Assembly: GCA_965227515.1 (NCBI GenBank) | Contig: CBDDFZ010000001.1 | Location: forward strand, 2,912,001 to 2,976,000 | Length of the DNA: 64,000 nucleotides | Reading direction: 5' to 3' | Source: Alphaproteobacteria bacterium | Lineage (GTDB): Bacteria > Pseudomonadota > Alphaproteobacteria > CALKHQ01 | Shown here: positions 52,820-62,147 of the stretch, piece after piece | Position numbering within the stretch: the first letter of the stretch is position 1 | Layout: each line of letters opens with the position of its first letter | Notes under the pieces: model-generated | The model's database searches: none | What the model was told of the DNA's origin: nothing | Seen by the model: only the letters and a program-made list of their open reading frames with translations | Program-made: the position numbers and the translations under genes

Positions 52820-53719
52820 ATGCACATCGACTCAGACGGCTGGATCGACGGGGCGACCCGCCGGCCCAGCCCGCACGTCGGCGGCGAGATAGAGCCGCTG
52901 ATCGTGGTCAACCACTGGACCGCCGGCGGCGGTGCCGACATCTCGGTCCAGGTGCTGGAGAACCGGGGCCTGTGCGCCCAGCTGGTCGGCCCGCGCGAGG
53001 GCGGGTTCATCCAGTGCGCGCCGCTACACCGCTTCGGCCACCACGCCGGGGTGTCGTCGTGGCGTGGCATGTCGAGCTGCAGCCGGTTCGCCATCGGCAT
53101 CGAGTGGGCGAACTGGGGGCCGCTGTTCTACGACGAGAAGCACGGTCAGTGGTTCACTGCCTATTTCAACGAGCGCACGGGCCTCAGCGTGCCCTACCAC
53201 GGCGCCGAGCCGGTGAAGGTGAAGGGCACCGGGGTGACGATCCAGCATCACGGCGGGCCCTGGCAGGCGGCCGACTGGTTCGAGCCGTTCTCGCCCTATC
53301 AGATCGAGACGGCGGAGGAGGCGCACCTGGCAATGGCCGCGCGCTATCCCTCGCTGGTCGAGGCGGTCGATCACGCCACCATCTGCCCCGGCCGCAAGGT
53401 CGATTGCATTCCCTGGCAGCCGATGATCGCCGGCTGGGGCCAGGCGTTCGCCGGCCGTGACCTGCAACAGAGGCCCAGCGTGGGGCCGGCGAGCGAGGCC
53501 GACCGCCCGCTGACCAACGCGCGCCGCGCGCAGGAGGCGCTGAACGCCCTAGGCCACCGCGGGCGCGACGGCAAGCCGCTGCTGCCCGACGGCATCATGG
53601 GGCCGCAGACCCACCACGCGATCCGCAGTTTCCAGATCGCCCAGGGCCTGCAGAAAACCGGGGTGCTCGACAGCGCAACCGTGCCGCTGCTGCTGCCGGA
53701 GGAACAGGCAGCGGCCTGA
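52820..53719 (+). CDS. N-acetylmuramoyl-L-alanine amidase with C-terminal PG-binding domain (endolysin)
   Basis: NHWTAG, HHAGVSSW, IGIE, DHATICPGRKVD; DGIMGPQT..AIRSFQ..GL..TGVLD. Confidence 0.88.
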   Translation: MHIDSDGWIDGATRRPSPHVGGEIEPLIVVNHWTAGGGADISVQVLENRGLCAQLVGPREGGFIQCAPLHRFGHHAGVSSWRGMSSCSRFAIGIEWANWGPLFYDEKHGQWFTAYFNERTGLSVPYHGAEPVKVKGTGVTIQHHGGPWQAADWFEPFSPYQIETAEEAHLAMAARYPSLVEAVDHATICPGRKVDCIPWQPMIAGWGQAFAGRDLQQRPSVGPASEADRPLTNARRAQEALNALGHRGRDGKPLLPDGIMGPQTHHAIRSFQIAQGLQKTGVLDSATVPLLLPEEQAAA

Positions 53720-53787
53720 CCGCCCCTCAATCCCTGACCTGACCGCCCGGCACCTGCCGGGTTTTTCATGCCTGAACGGAGGTGAGA

Positions 53788-53949
53788 ATGCAGCGATTCA
53801 ACAAGGCCACCGCGGCCGCCGTTGCCGGCGCCATCGGCGTCGTCATCGGTGCGGTCTTTCCGGAGATCGAGCCCGAGGTGGTCGCGGCCGGCACCACCAT
53901 CGTGACCGCACTGCTGGTCTACCTGGTGCCGAACCGGGAGGCGGCCTGA
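53788..53949 (+). CDS. putative holin (53 aa, two TM)
   Basis: Manual translation MQRFNKATAAAVAGAIGVVIG...TALLVYLVPNREAA. Confidence 0.65.
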   Translation: MQRFNKATAAAVAGAIGVVIGAVFPEIEPEVVAAGTTIVTALLVYLVPNREAA

Positions 53950-54278
53950 TGCGCGCCGGCAGCATCGCATTGTCGGCGGCCGGCCTGCTGGCGCTCGCCG
54001 GCTGTGCCACCGCTGGCGGCCTGGCGCGGCAGAACGCGGGCCTGGAGATCGACCCGTTGCTGGCCTGCCGCGCCTATGGCGCCACCCTGGGCGTATTGGC
54101 CACCCTGCGCGCCGGCGACGCGCTGAGCGACCGCCAGATCGCCGCCGTCGACCGCTGGCGCCCCGTGCTCAACGACATCTGCGAGGGCGCGTCCGTCGAC
54201 ACCGCTTTCGACACCACCACTCTGCTCGAAGCCGGGCTTGCCACCCTCATCGCCATCGAAAAGGAGGCCACGCCATGA
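53949..54278 (+). CDS. lipoprotein (lysis accessory/spanin-like position)
   Basis: Lipobox LAG-C; overlaps the holin stop. Confidence 0.65.
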   Translation: MRAGSIALSAAGLLALAGCATAGGLARQNAGLEIDPLLACRAYGATLGVLATLRAGDALSDRQIAAVDRWRPVLNDICEGASVDTAFDTTTLLEAGLATLIAIEKEATP

Positions 54279-54445
54279 ACCCCGCCCACATCTATGCCGG
54301 CCTGCAAGTGATCGCCGAACTCAGCGACCTGCTCAGCGCCTACCAGGCCGGCGACATGACCGAGCAGGACCTGAAGCGCGAATGGAAATCGACGCTCAGG
54401 ACCATCGACAATGCCAACCGCTTATGGGAGGAGGCGGCCGGTTAG
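54275..54445 (+). CDS. small hypothetical protein (56 aa)
   Basis: RBS AAGGAGG, ATGA overlap; MNPAHIYAGLQVIAELSDLL. Confidence 0.6.
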   Translation: MNPAHIYAGLQVIAELSDLLSAYQAGDMTEQDLKREWKSTLRTIDNANRLWEEAAG

Positions 54446-54515
54446 CCGAAGCCGTGCACCGGGCTGCGCCAAACGATTGCCTTTCGGGCCGCGTTTGCAC
54501 TAGGTTCCACCGCGT

Positions 54516-54592
<77 letters not shown>

Positions 54593-54602
54593 TCACTCAA
54601 TC

Positions 54603-55898
54603 TGTCCGACCCGGAGACATAGGTAACAGTTTGTACCTAAGACATGGGTGACAACCTCGTGCCGAACGGGCTGTCGAGTGTCTGCAGTGTTTTCTGCTCC
54701 AGGTCGATGTATCCGAGATCGTAGTGCATGAAGCTGACGAGCCATATGCCCTCGTCGACCTCTTTGATTCCCAGGCGCTGTCCGGCCATGACGGTTGAGA
54801 TGTTGATCTTCTTTCGGTGCAGGCACAGCCGCCCGCATGAGGTGACGACGACATCCCGGTCGTGGAACGGATAGTCGAGCTCGGTCAAGCCGCGATAGGG
54901 CTTGGCTGAGGGGGTGTAGACCTCTGCCGGGCACTTCATGGCGAGCGCCTCATGCGGGCGCTCGGTATTGAACTCGGCGACGAAGGCGTCGAAGCGGGCC
55001 TGCTGCTGTAGGATGTTGGCGCCGGCCGGCTTGGTGGTCTCCTTCTTCAGGGTCAGGTGCATGCGTTCATGGCGGCCGTTCTGCTGCGGATGGCCGGGTT
55101 TGATGCGCTCGATCGCGATCCCCAGCCTCAGCCACCAGACCGCGAGCCTGGAGAGGTTGTAGAGCCCGTTCGGACTGGCGAATGGCAGGCCGTTGTCGGA
55201 GCGCATCGCATCGGGCAGGCCGAACTCCTGGAACAGGCGCTCGAAGACCGGGAAGGCATGCGCCTCCTTGGTCGTCTCAAGGGCTTCGCAGCCCAGGATG
55301 AAGCGCGAGGCCTGGTCGGTCACCGTCAGGGGGTAACAATAGCGGCCGGTGCCGAGCTTGAACTCGCCCTTGAAGTCGGTGCACCACAGCGCATTGGGGA
55401 CATGGGCCGTCGACAGCGGCGTGCCCGCCGCCTTGTGGCGCCGGCGCCGGGCGCGCTGGACCAGGCCGTGGCGGTCGAGCACCGCATGCACCGTGCTCCT
55501 GGCGGGAATGCGCACGTCGCCGGCAAGACGGCGCACCAACACCTCCCGGATCTTGCGTGCGCCCCAGTGCGGCTTCTCTTTCTTCGTCGCGACGATCAGC
55601 CGCTCGACCGCGGCCGGCAGCTGGTTGGCGTAGCGCACCGGGCGGCGAGACCGGTCGCTCAGCGCATGCACACCCTCCGCCTGATACCGCTTGAAAATCT
55701 TGTAGCCGGTCTTCCGGGATATCCCGAAAGACCGACAAACCGCGCTCATGCTCTCGCCTTCCAGCAAACGGGCCACAAACCGCAGGCGTTCCTCCATAAC
55801 CGTACTCCGTCTCCACGGCATCAACACCCCCGGCCAAAAGGCCAAAAGTGTTACCCATGTCTCCGGTACGATCCGTCACCTATCTCTCCGACCGCTCA
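54603..55898 (-). mobile_element. IS481-family insertion sequence
   Basis: ~50-bp imperfect terminal IRs with internal GGAGACATGGGTAACA-like repeats; TG...CA ends. Confidence 0.88.
54637..55821 (-). CDS. IS481-family transposase
   Basis: HTH FGISRKTGYK; DDE motifs WCTDFKG, RSDNG, NGRHER; RPHEAL. Confidence 0.93.
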   Translation of the reverse strand: MPWRRSTVMEERLRFVARLLEGESMSAVCRSFGISRKTGYKIFKRYQAEGVHALSDRSRRPVRYANQLPAAVERLIVATKKEKPHWGARKIREVLVRRLAGDVRIPARSTVHAVLDRHGLVQRARRRRHKAAGTPLSTAHVPNALWCTDFKGEFKLGTGRYCYPLTVTDQASRFILGCEALETTKEAHAFPVFERLFQEFGLPDAMRSDNGLPFASPNGLYNLSRLAVWWLRLGIAIERIKPGHPQQNGRHERMHLTLKKETTKPAGANILQQQARFDAFVAEFNTERPHEALAMKCPAEVYTPSAKPYRGLTELDYPFHDRDVVVTSCGRLCLHRKKINISTVMAGQRLGIKEVDEGIWLVSFMHYDLGYIDLEQKTLQTLDSPFGTRLSPMS

Positions 55899-56186
55899 AT
55901 CCCCCTTTGCTGCGGTTTGAAATGGCGACCGCGGCGTTCCCGTTCGAACATCGTCCGCAGCGAGGGCATAGCCTTCGGAGCACGCGAGGGGGTGCGCCCA
56001 CCTTGTGGGGTTTGTTGTGCCGCTGCCGTAGTAATCGGTCCATCTATAAGTATGTGTTAGCGCGAATAGTTCTCCCTTCGCGTTAACGTGGAAAAAAGAC
56101 CTCCTGAATAGTGTGCGGATATCGACCAGGTTGGCGGTCTGATGAATGGGGCAACCGCCAACATCCCCACCTGTCGGAGAGCTCCA

Positions 56187-57890
56187 ATGCTGTCTATCGT
56201 TCGCGCGCTCGGCGTGCGCGCCAAGATCCTTGCCGCCTTCCTCGTTCTGTCGCTGCTCGTAGCCATTACAGGCGCCGTCGGCGTCTTCATGAACGCCAGT
56301 ATCTCCGACCGTGGCAACGAAGTGGGTGCCGTCCTGGCGCCGCTTGGCGATGCGGCGATGGAGATCAAGCTGACCGCCACCCATGCCCACCTGCTGTTCG
56401 AGGAGATCATGGCTGGGGACGAGGGCGAGGATATCAACGAGGTCTGGGCACTGCTCGACGAGACACGCTTCTACGTCAACGCGGTATTGTCCGGCGGCGC
56501 CAACGACGAGGGCACCTTCCATCCGTCATCGAACCCGGAGGTTCGCGCCAACATCGAGGCGGTCGCCGCCGATCTGGAGGAGTTCATCGCAGCCGGCCAG
56601 GCCCGCTATGCGGGTCGCGGCGAGGATCATGGCGCCGGCAGCGCAGCCGATGAGATGTTCGACCGGACGTTCGAGTCCCTGATCGAACGGGCCGACGCCG
56701 CCGAGGAGTTGATCCACGACGACATGGATGCCGGGCTCGCCGCGTTGGGGCGCGCCAGTGCGGAGTCTGAAATCGCGGTTGCCGTGACGACCGTCGTCAG
56801 CCTGCTTGTCGCCATTGCACTGTCCGTCCTGATTGGCCGCAGTGTGGCGGGCCGGCTGCGCGCAATGTCGGCGACGATGGACAAACTTGCCGCCGGCGAC
56901 ACTTCTGCGGCCCCTGGCTTCACCGAGGATCGCGATGAGATCGGTTCCATGGCCCGCGCCGTGGCCGTGTTCCGCGACAATGCGATCGAGCGTGCGCGCA
57001 TGTCCGAAGCCAAGGAAACCGAGCAGGCTGCGCAGACCGAACGCGCCAAGCGCGTCCGCGACTTGTGCGCGGCATTCGACAAGCGGGCTGAATCCGTTCT
57101 GTCGGCCGTGACCGGCGCATCCTCACAACTGCAGGCTGCGGCTGAGTCGATGTCGGCGGCCACCGAAAGCACGGCCGCGCGGACAGGCGTGGTCTCCGCG
57201 GCCGCTGAAGGCGCGACGTCGAATGTACAACTCGCGGCGTCCGGCGCGCAGGAGCTGTCTTCGTCGATTGCGGAGATCGTGCGTCAGGTATCGCAGTCCA
57301 GCAACTTCGCCAGCGATGCGGTGACAAAGACCGAGGACGTGACGAACCAGATGCGCGGCCTGGACAACGCGGCACAGAAGATCGGCGACGTCATCGGCCT
57401 GATCAGCGACATCGCCGAGCAGACCAATCTTCTGGCGCTCAATGCGACCATCGAGGCCGCAAGGGCGGGCGAGGCCGGCAAGGGGTTTGCCGTTGTCGCG
57501 TCGGAAGTGAAGAGCCTGGCCAACCAGACCGCCAAGGCGACCGGCGAGATCGCCGGCCAGATCGGCGGCATGCAGTCCGCCGCCTCAGAGGCCGTGGCGG
57601 CGATTGACGGCATCCGTGAGATCATTGGCCAGATCAGCGAGAACGCGGCTGGCATCGCGTCCGCGGTCGACCAGCAGAACGCGGCCACCGAGGAAATTGC
57701 GCGCAGCATCGAGCAGGCGTCGGAAGGGACAATGGAGGTTTCGAGCAATATCTCCACGGTCAACGACGCCACGGCTCAGAATGGCGAAGCTGCCAGGCAG
57801 GTGCTGCAGTCGGCCAGCGACCTGTCCGGCCAGTCCAACGAGCTTCAGTCCGCGGTGAAGGAGTTCCTGCAGTCGGTACGCGCCGCCTGA
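56187..57890 (+). CDS. methyl-accepting chemotaxis protein
   Basis: Two [49 protein letters not shown]. Confidence 0.96.
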   Translation: MLSIVRALGVRAKILAAFLVLSLLVAITGAVGVFMNASISDRGNEVGAVLAPLGDAAMEIKLTATHAHLLFEEIMAGDEGEDINEVWALLDETRFYVNAVLSGGANDEGTFHPSSNPEVRANIEAVAADLEEFIAAGQARYAGRGEDHGAGSAADEMFDRTFESLIERADAAEELIHDDMDAGLAALGRASAESEIAVAVTTVVSLLVAIALSVLIGRSVAGRLRAMSATMDKLAAGDTSAAPGFTEDRDEIGSMARAVAVFRDNAIERARMSEAKETEQAAQTERAKRVRDLCAAFDKRAESVLSAVTGASSQLQAAAESMSAATESTAARTGVVSAAAEGATSNVQLAASGAQELSSSIAEIVRQVSQSSNFASDAVTKTEDVTNQMRGLDNAAQKIGDVIGLISDIAEQTNLLALNATIEAARAGEAGKGFAVVASEVKSLANQTAKATGEIAGQIGGMQSAASEAVAAIDGIREIIGQISENAAGIASAVDQQNAATEEIARSIEQASEGTMEVSSNISTVNDATAQNGEAARQVLQSASDLSGQSNELQSAVKEFLQSVRAA

Positions 57891-57930
57891 CGGCACTCGG
57901 GCCCTCGGAATGGCGGCCGCGTCTCGCGTA

Positions 57931-58671
57931 CTAACGCGGAATGCGGCCGTAGCCGATGGCGAACACGTCGCCGGTCGGCAGCCCGGTCGGCGAACCGCCG
58001 GCAGGCTCGAACGTGATCTCGTAGAGCTGGTCTTCCTGCGGCGCCGGCACGCCCTCTGCCGCCAGGTCCAGTGTCTGGGCGGCATCGACGATGCCGAGCG
58101 AGACAGGGCCCACATCCTCCGACCACTTGGTCCAGACCTGCATGGTGCGATTGTCGGGCACGTTGACGTCGACCAGCGGGATGAACCGGGCCTGCGCACC
58201 GCCGAAGTCCTCGATCAGCACCACCGGCTGGCCGGTATCGTTCAGCAGCACGGCGACCACTTCCGGCTCCGGCTGTGTCATCAGCATCCACACCAGCGCC
58301 ACCGCCAGCAGCAGCGACGCCGCCATGCCCAGCATGGCCAGCGGGCGCCAGGCCGCGCGCCGGTTGTCGTTCGCCGCGCCGGTTGCGCCTGGACCCGGGA
58401 ACTCGACCAACGCGGCCGGTGCGCCGTCTGACGCCATCTGCGCCGCGCCGTCGAGCCGGGCGGCAATCCCCTCCCACAATGCCGGCGACACCGGCGCTGC
58501 ATCGGCCGTCATGTCCAGGTCGACGAACCGGTCGCGGCTCTCGGCCACCGCTGCGCGCAATTCGGCGTCGTGCTCCATCTCCGCGGCGACCCGCTCGTGC
58601 TCCGCCGGGTCGAGCAGACCGAGTACGAAGTCGTCGGCGCGCGCGCGGATGTCCTGGCCGGTCTCGCTCAT
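57931..58671 (-). CDS. RskA-like anti-sigma factor
   Basis: FVLGLL, one TM, EITFEPAGGSPTGLPTG. Confidence 0.88.
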   Translation of the reverse strand: MSETGQDIRARADDFVLGLLDPAEHERVAAEMEHDAELRAAVAESRDRFVDLDMTADAAPVSPALWEGIAARLDGAAQMASDGAPAALVEFPGPGATGAANDNRRAAWRPLAMLGMAASLLLAVALVWMLMTQPEPEVVAVLLNDTGQPVVLIEDFGGAQARFIPLVDVNVPDNRTMQVWTKWSEDVGPVSLGIVDAAQTLDLAAEGVPAPQEDQLYEITFEPAGGSPTGLPTGDVFAIGYGRIPR

Positions 58672-59240
58672 GACAGACAGTCCCTGAGTGCCGCAAGCCC
58701 GCGGCGGATCCAGGCCTTGGCCGTACCCAGCGGTATCGCGAGCTTGCCGGCGATCTCGCCATGGGTGAAGCCGTAGACATAGGCCATCACGATCGAGCGC
58801 CGCCGCCGCTCATCCAGTTCGGACAGGCAGTTGCGCAACTGGCTGCGCGCGTCCAGCGCCGCCAGGACGGCGTCCGCGTCATCGGCCTGCGCGGCGGCTT
58901 CCTGTTCGGCTTGCGGATCGTCCTCGCTGAACGTCTCCCGCTTGCTATCCCTGATCAGGTTCAGCGCCCGGTTGCGGGCGATGGCGTAGATCCAGCCGCG
59001 CGGCGACCCGCGTTCCTGAGAGAACTGCGTTGCCTTGGTCCAGATTTGCACGAAGGCGTCCTGGACCACTTCTTCGGCCAGGTCGCGGCGGCGCACGATG
59101 CGCTGCACCACCGATACCATGCGTCCCGCCTCCAGATCGAAGATCAGGCGCAGGGCGTCACGGTCGCCGGTCGCGCAGCGCGACAGCGCATCGGCTAGTT
59201 CGGCCTGGTCATCTTGTGTCGGTGCGGTCTCGCCGGTCAT
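58668..59240 (-). CDS. ECF sigma factor (SigK-like)
   Basis: AEEVVQDAFVQIW, WIYAIARNRA, PLGTAKAWIRRGL. Confidence 0.92.
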   Translation of the reverse strand: MTGETAPTQDDQAELADALSRCATGDRDALRLIFDLEAGRMVSVVQRIVRRRDLAEEVVQDAFVQIWTKATQFSQERGSPRGWIYAIARNRALNLIRDSKRETFSEDDPQAEQEAAAQADDADAVLAALDARSQLRNCLSELDERRRRSIVMAYVYGFTHGEIAGKLAIPLGTAKAWIRRGLAALRDCLS

Positions 59241-59357
59241 CCGTCTTCCACGGCAGCTGCCGCCACGTTACGGCTTCGCACCCGACCGGGCAACCAGGCC
59301 AGGGGCCAGGTCGCGCGATTGTCAGCGGCGAGGCCGGCGACTACGGCACAGGCGGCA

Positions 59358-60461
59358 CTACGACTCGGGCGGCGGGGCCAGCTCCGGCTTCGGGCCGAGC
59401 CCATGGCGGCTGGTGCCGATGACATGGCGGAATTCGCCGACGATCAGCGGATCGGGCCCGTGGACGACATGCTCGTCCTTGTTCGGATATGGCAGGGACG
59501 CCAGGAAATGCTGCATGCAATTGATGCGCGCCCGCTTCTTGTCCGACGACTTGATGATGGTCCACGGCGCGTCGGCGGTGTCGGTGTAGAAGAACATCGC
59601 CTCCTTGGCCTCGGTGTAGTCGTCCCACTTTTCCAGCGACGCGCGGTCGATCGGCGACAGCTTCCATTGCTTCAGCGGATCGATCTGGCGCTGCCGAAAA
59701 CGGCGCTTCTGCTCGTCCTGGGTGACCGAGAACCAGTATTTGAACAGGCGAATGCCGCTGCGGGTCCACATCCGCTCCAGTTCCGGCACCTGCCGCATGA
59801 ACTCCAGATAGTCATTGGCGGTACAGAAGCCCATCACGCGCTCGACGCCGGCGCGGTTGTACCAGGAGCGGTCGAACAGGACCATTTCGCCCTCGGTCGG
59901 CAAATGGCGGACATAGCGCTGGAAGAACCATTGGCCCTTTTCGGACTCCGATGGCTTTTCCAGGGCCACGACTCTCGCGCCGCGCGGGTTCAGGTGCTCC
60001 ATGAAGCGCTTGATGGTGCCGCCCTTGCCGGCCGCGTCCCGGCCCTCGAACAGGATGATGATCTTCTGGCCGGTCTCGCGCACCCAGTGCTGAACCTTCA
60101 GCAGCTCGACCTGAAGCTCGACCTTGTGCTTCTCGTAGACCGCGCGCCGCATCTTGGTGTGGTAGGGGTACTCGCCATACTCGAACAGGCGGCGGATGGT
60201 CTCCGGGTCATGGCGCATCTCGGCCAGCTGATGCTGCGCCGATCCCGGTTCGGCGCCATCGGTTGGCAGGGGTGAGACGCCATCCGTCGCAACGGCGGCA
60301 ATGTTCTCGGTCTTGTCGGCGCCATTGGCTGGTGTCGCGCCATCTGCCGCCTTGGTGCTCTTGGCGGGCGCGGCTCTGCCGTTGGCCTTGCGTGCCACGG
60401 TGCACCGGGGCGCGCGTTTGGCGGTTGAAGCTGCCGGTTTGGCGTCTGCGTCTTTCTGCAT
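59358..60461 (-). CDS. ppk2: polyphosphate kinase 2
   Basis: FEGRDAAGKGG, FDRSWYNRAGVERVMGFC, KQWKLSPID. Confidence 0.95.
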   Translation of the reverse strand: MQKDADAKPAASTAKRAPRCTVARKANGRAAPAKSTKAADGATPANGADKTENIAAVATDGVSPLPTDGAEPGSAQHQLAEMRHDPETIRRLFEYGEYPYHTKMRRAVYEKHKVELQVELLKVQHWVRETGQKIIILFEGRDAAGKGGTIKRFMEHLNPRGARVVALEKPSESEKGQWFFQRYVRHLPTEGEMVLFDRSWYNRAGVERVMGFCTANDYLEFMRQVPELERMWTRSGIRLFKYWFSVTQDEQKRRFRQRQIDPLKQWKLSPIDRASLEKWDDYTEAKEAMFFYTDTADAPWTIIKSSDKKRARINCMQHFLASLPYPNKDEHVVHGPDPLIVGEFRHVIGTSRHGLGPKPELAPPPES

Positions 60462-60785
60462 GTTGCACCCCGTTTTATTGGCTTCGTCTTGGTTCAAGTA
60501 TGCCTTTCCTAGGGTGACCGTTACGTTAGCGGCCGCATACGGACATGCCCATTTCGCCCGTTGTCGCAGGCGCGGCCCGCCGCAGGTGCGCGGTTCCAAC
60601 CGGCGCATCGCAATTTTCGAAACTTTTTTTGGCCCCGCTGCATCCAAACGCAGTTGCGTCGTGTCTCCAACCTGAGACGCGGCTCGGATGACCTGCCGAC
60701 CGTGCTCCGCGGGGATGTTGCTGCCATGTGCGTCGGCAGCCCGGCGATCAAAAAAAGCGCTAGACCTATCCGAGAGGAGTTTTCG

Positions 60786-61199
60786 ATGCTGAAATTTGCT
60801 GGTGTTTCGTTCTTCGCCGGTTCGTTGCTCGCCGCCGCCACGGCCCAGGCCGCTGGCCACTTGATGGTCTCCGCGGCCGATCAGGACGTCTCCGGCGGCA
60901 CCGTGACCGCCAGTGCCGTGCATACCGAGGCCAATGGCTGGCTGGTGGTGCACCGCACCGATGCCGAAGGCGCGCCAGGCCCTGTGGTCGGCCATGCGCC
61001 GCTGAAGGCGGGTGAGAACATGGACGTGACCGCGATCCTGACCGAGCCGGTGGCCAGCGGCGATATGCTGATGCTGATGATCCACGCCGAGGACGGCGGC
61101 AGCCAGACCGGCATCTTCGAATACACGCTGGGCGCCAGCGAGGACGGCCCGGTGCGCGAGGACGGCAATCTGGTCATGACGGTGATCACGGCGCAGTAG
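60786..61199 (+). CDS. secreted beta-sandwich protein (DUF7282-like)
   Basis: Signal peptide; GWLVVH, PGPVVGHAPL, MIHAEDG. Confidence 0.7.
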   Translation: MLKFAGVSFFAGSLLAAATAQAAGHLMVSAADQDVSGGTVTASAVHTEANGWLVVHRTDAEGAPGPVVGHAPLKAGENMDVTAILTEPVASGDMLMLMIHAEDGGSQTGIFEYTLGASEDGPVREDGNLVMTVITAQ

Positions 61200-61312
61200 C
61201 GCTGCGGATGTGCGGGGCCGGGCAGAGCGTGTCCGGCCCCGGTCTTTCGCCGCCGGTGGCTCCGCATCGCCTCCGGCAGCGCCCCAATCATGTCCCAGAA
61301 GGATACGTCCTC

Positions 61313-61909
61313 ATGACCATCCATAATGTCGACCGCCGCGTCTTCTTCGGCCGTTCCGGCCAGATCGCGCTTTCTGCAACCGCCATCGGCCTGCTGGCCG
61401 GGTGTTCCGCACGGGCCGCGAGCTCCGGCGCCGCCACCGCAAGCGCTGCCGGTTCCACCGAGGCCGACGTCGGCATCCTGAATGTTGCCCTGGGCTTGGA
61501 GCATGAAGCGATTGCCGCATACCAGGTCGGCGCGGAGAGCGGGTTGCTCTCGCAGCCGGTGCTGGACGCAGCGGTCCTGTTCCAGGGCCACCACAAGGCC
61601 CACCGCGACACCCTGACCGGCATCATCAACCAGATGGGCGGCACGCCGGTGCCGGCGGCGTCGAACGCGGATTATGCGGCGGCGTTGAACGCGGGTTCAC
61701 TGCAGACGGAAACCGACGTTCTGCGGCTGGCGCTGGAATTGGAGGAAGGTGCCGCCAACGCCTATCTGGGTGTCATCCCCAGCTTCTCCGACCCCGACCT
61801 GGCCCAGGCCTCCGGCCGACTCGCGGCCGACGAGACGATGCACTGGACGGTTCTGGCCAGCGTGCTCGGCGAGCCGTTGCCGACCGAGGCACTGACCTTC
61901 GGCGCCTGA
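61313..61909 (+). CDS. Tat-exported ferritin-like (DUF4439-type) protein
   Basis: DRRVFF twin-Arg; LEHEAIAAY, HKAH, LEEGAANAY, ADETMH. Confidence 0.82.
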   Translation: MTIHNVDRRVFFGRSGQIALSATAIGLLAGCSARAASSGAATASAAGSTEADVGILNVALGLEHEAIAAYQVGAESGLLSQPVLDAAVLFQGHHKAHRDTLTGIINQMGGTPVPAASNADYAAALNAGSLQTETDVLRLALELEEGAANAYLGVIPSFSDPDLAQASGRLAADETMHWTVLASVLGEPLPTEALTFGA

Positions 61910-62084
61910 CCGCCGACCGGATCTCCCTGCGTCAGGGGGGGCGGAGAGTGGGATCGTGGGGGTCCACTTCAAGTCCGTCCTCCCCGGCGCGCCCGCCTGG
62001 TCGTCTGCGGCAGGTATATCGCAGGACCAGGCGGGTCGATCCCGGCCACAGGCCTCAGCGATCCCGCACTTCCTCCCCGACACG

Positions 62085-62115
62085 AAAAAAGGGCCGGCAC
62101 TTTCGTGCCGGCCCT
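62085..62115 (-). terminator. intrinsic terminator of the Sel1 gene
   Basis: AGGGCCGGCAC-TTTC-GTGCCGGCCCT preceded by an A6 run on +. Confidence 0.8.
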
Positions 62116-62147
62116 GCCACTTTCGCCGCGATCTTTCGGTCAAGCGT

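Larger units (their letters stand above)
39690..54445 (+). mobile_element. podovirus-derived virion/lysis gene cluster (defective prophage or domesticated element)
   Basis: Co-oriented capsid, tail tubular A/B, internal virion, fibre, amidase and holin genes; no integrase, terminase or portal in the window. Confidence 0.8.

Noticed and set aside
39690-54445. Canonical RcGTA cluster or tailocin
   Set aside because: No HK97-type portal or protease, tape measure, tail tube or sheath genes; the tail genes are podovirus tubular A/B type
60462-61085. Long N-terminal extension of the ppk2 ORF
   Set aside because: Overlaps the divergent secreted-protein gene and its promoter region; start placed at 60461
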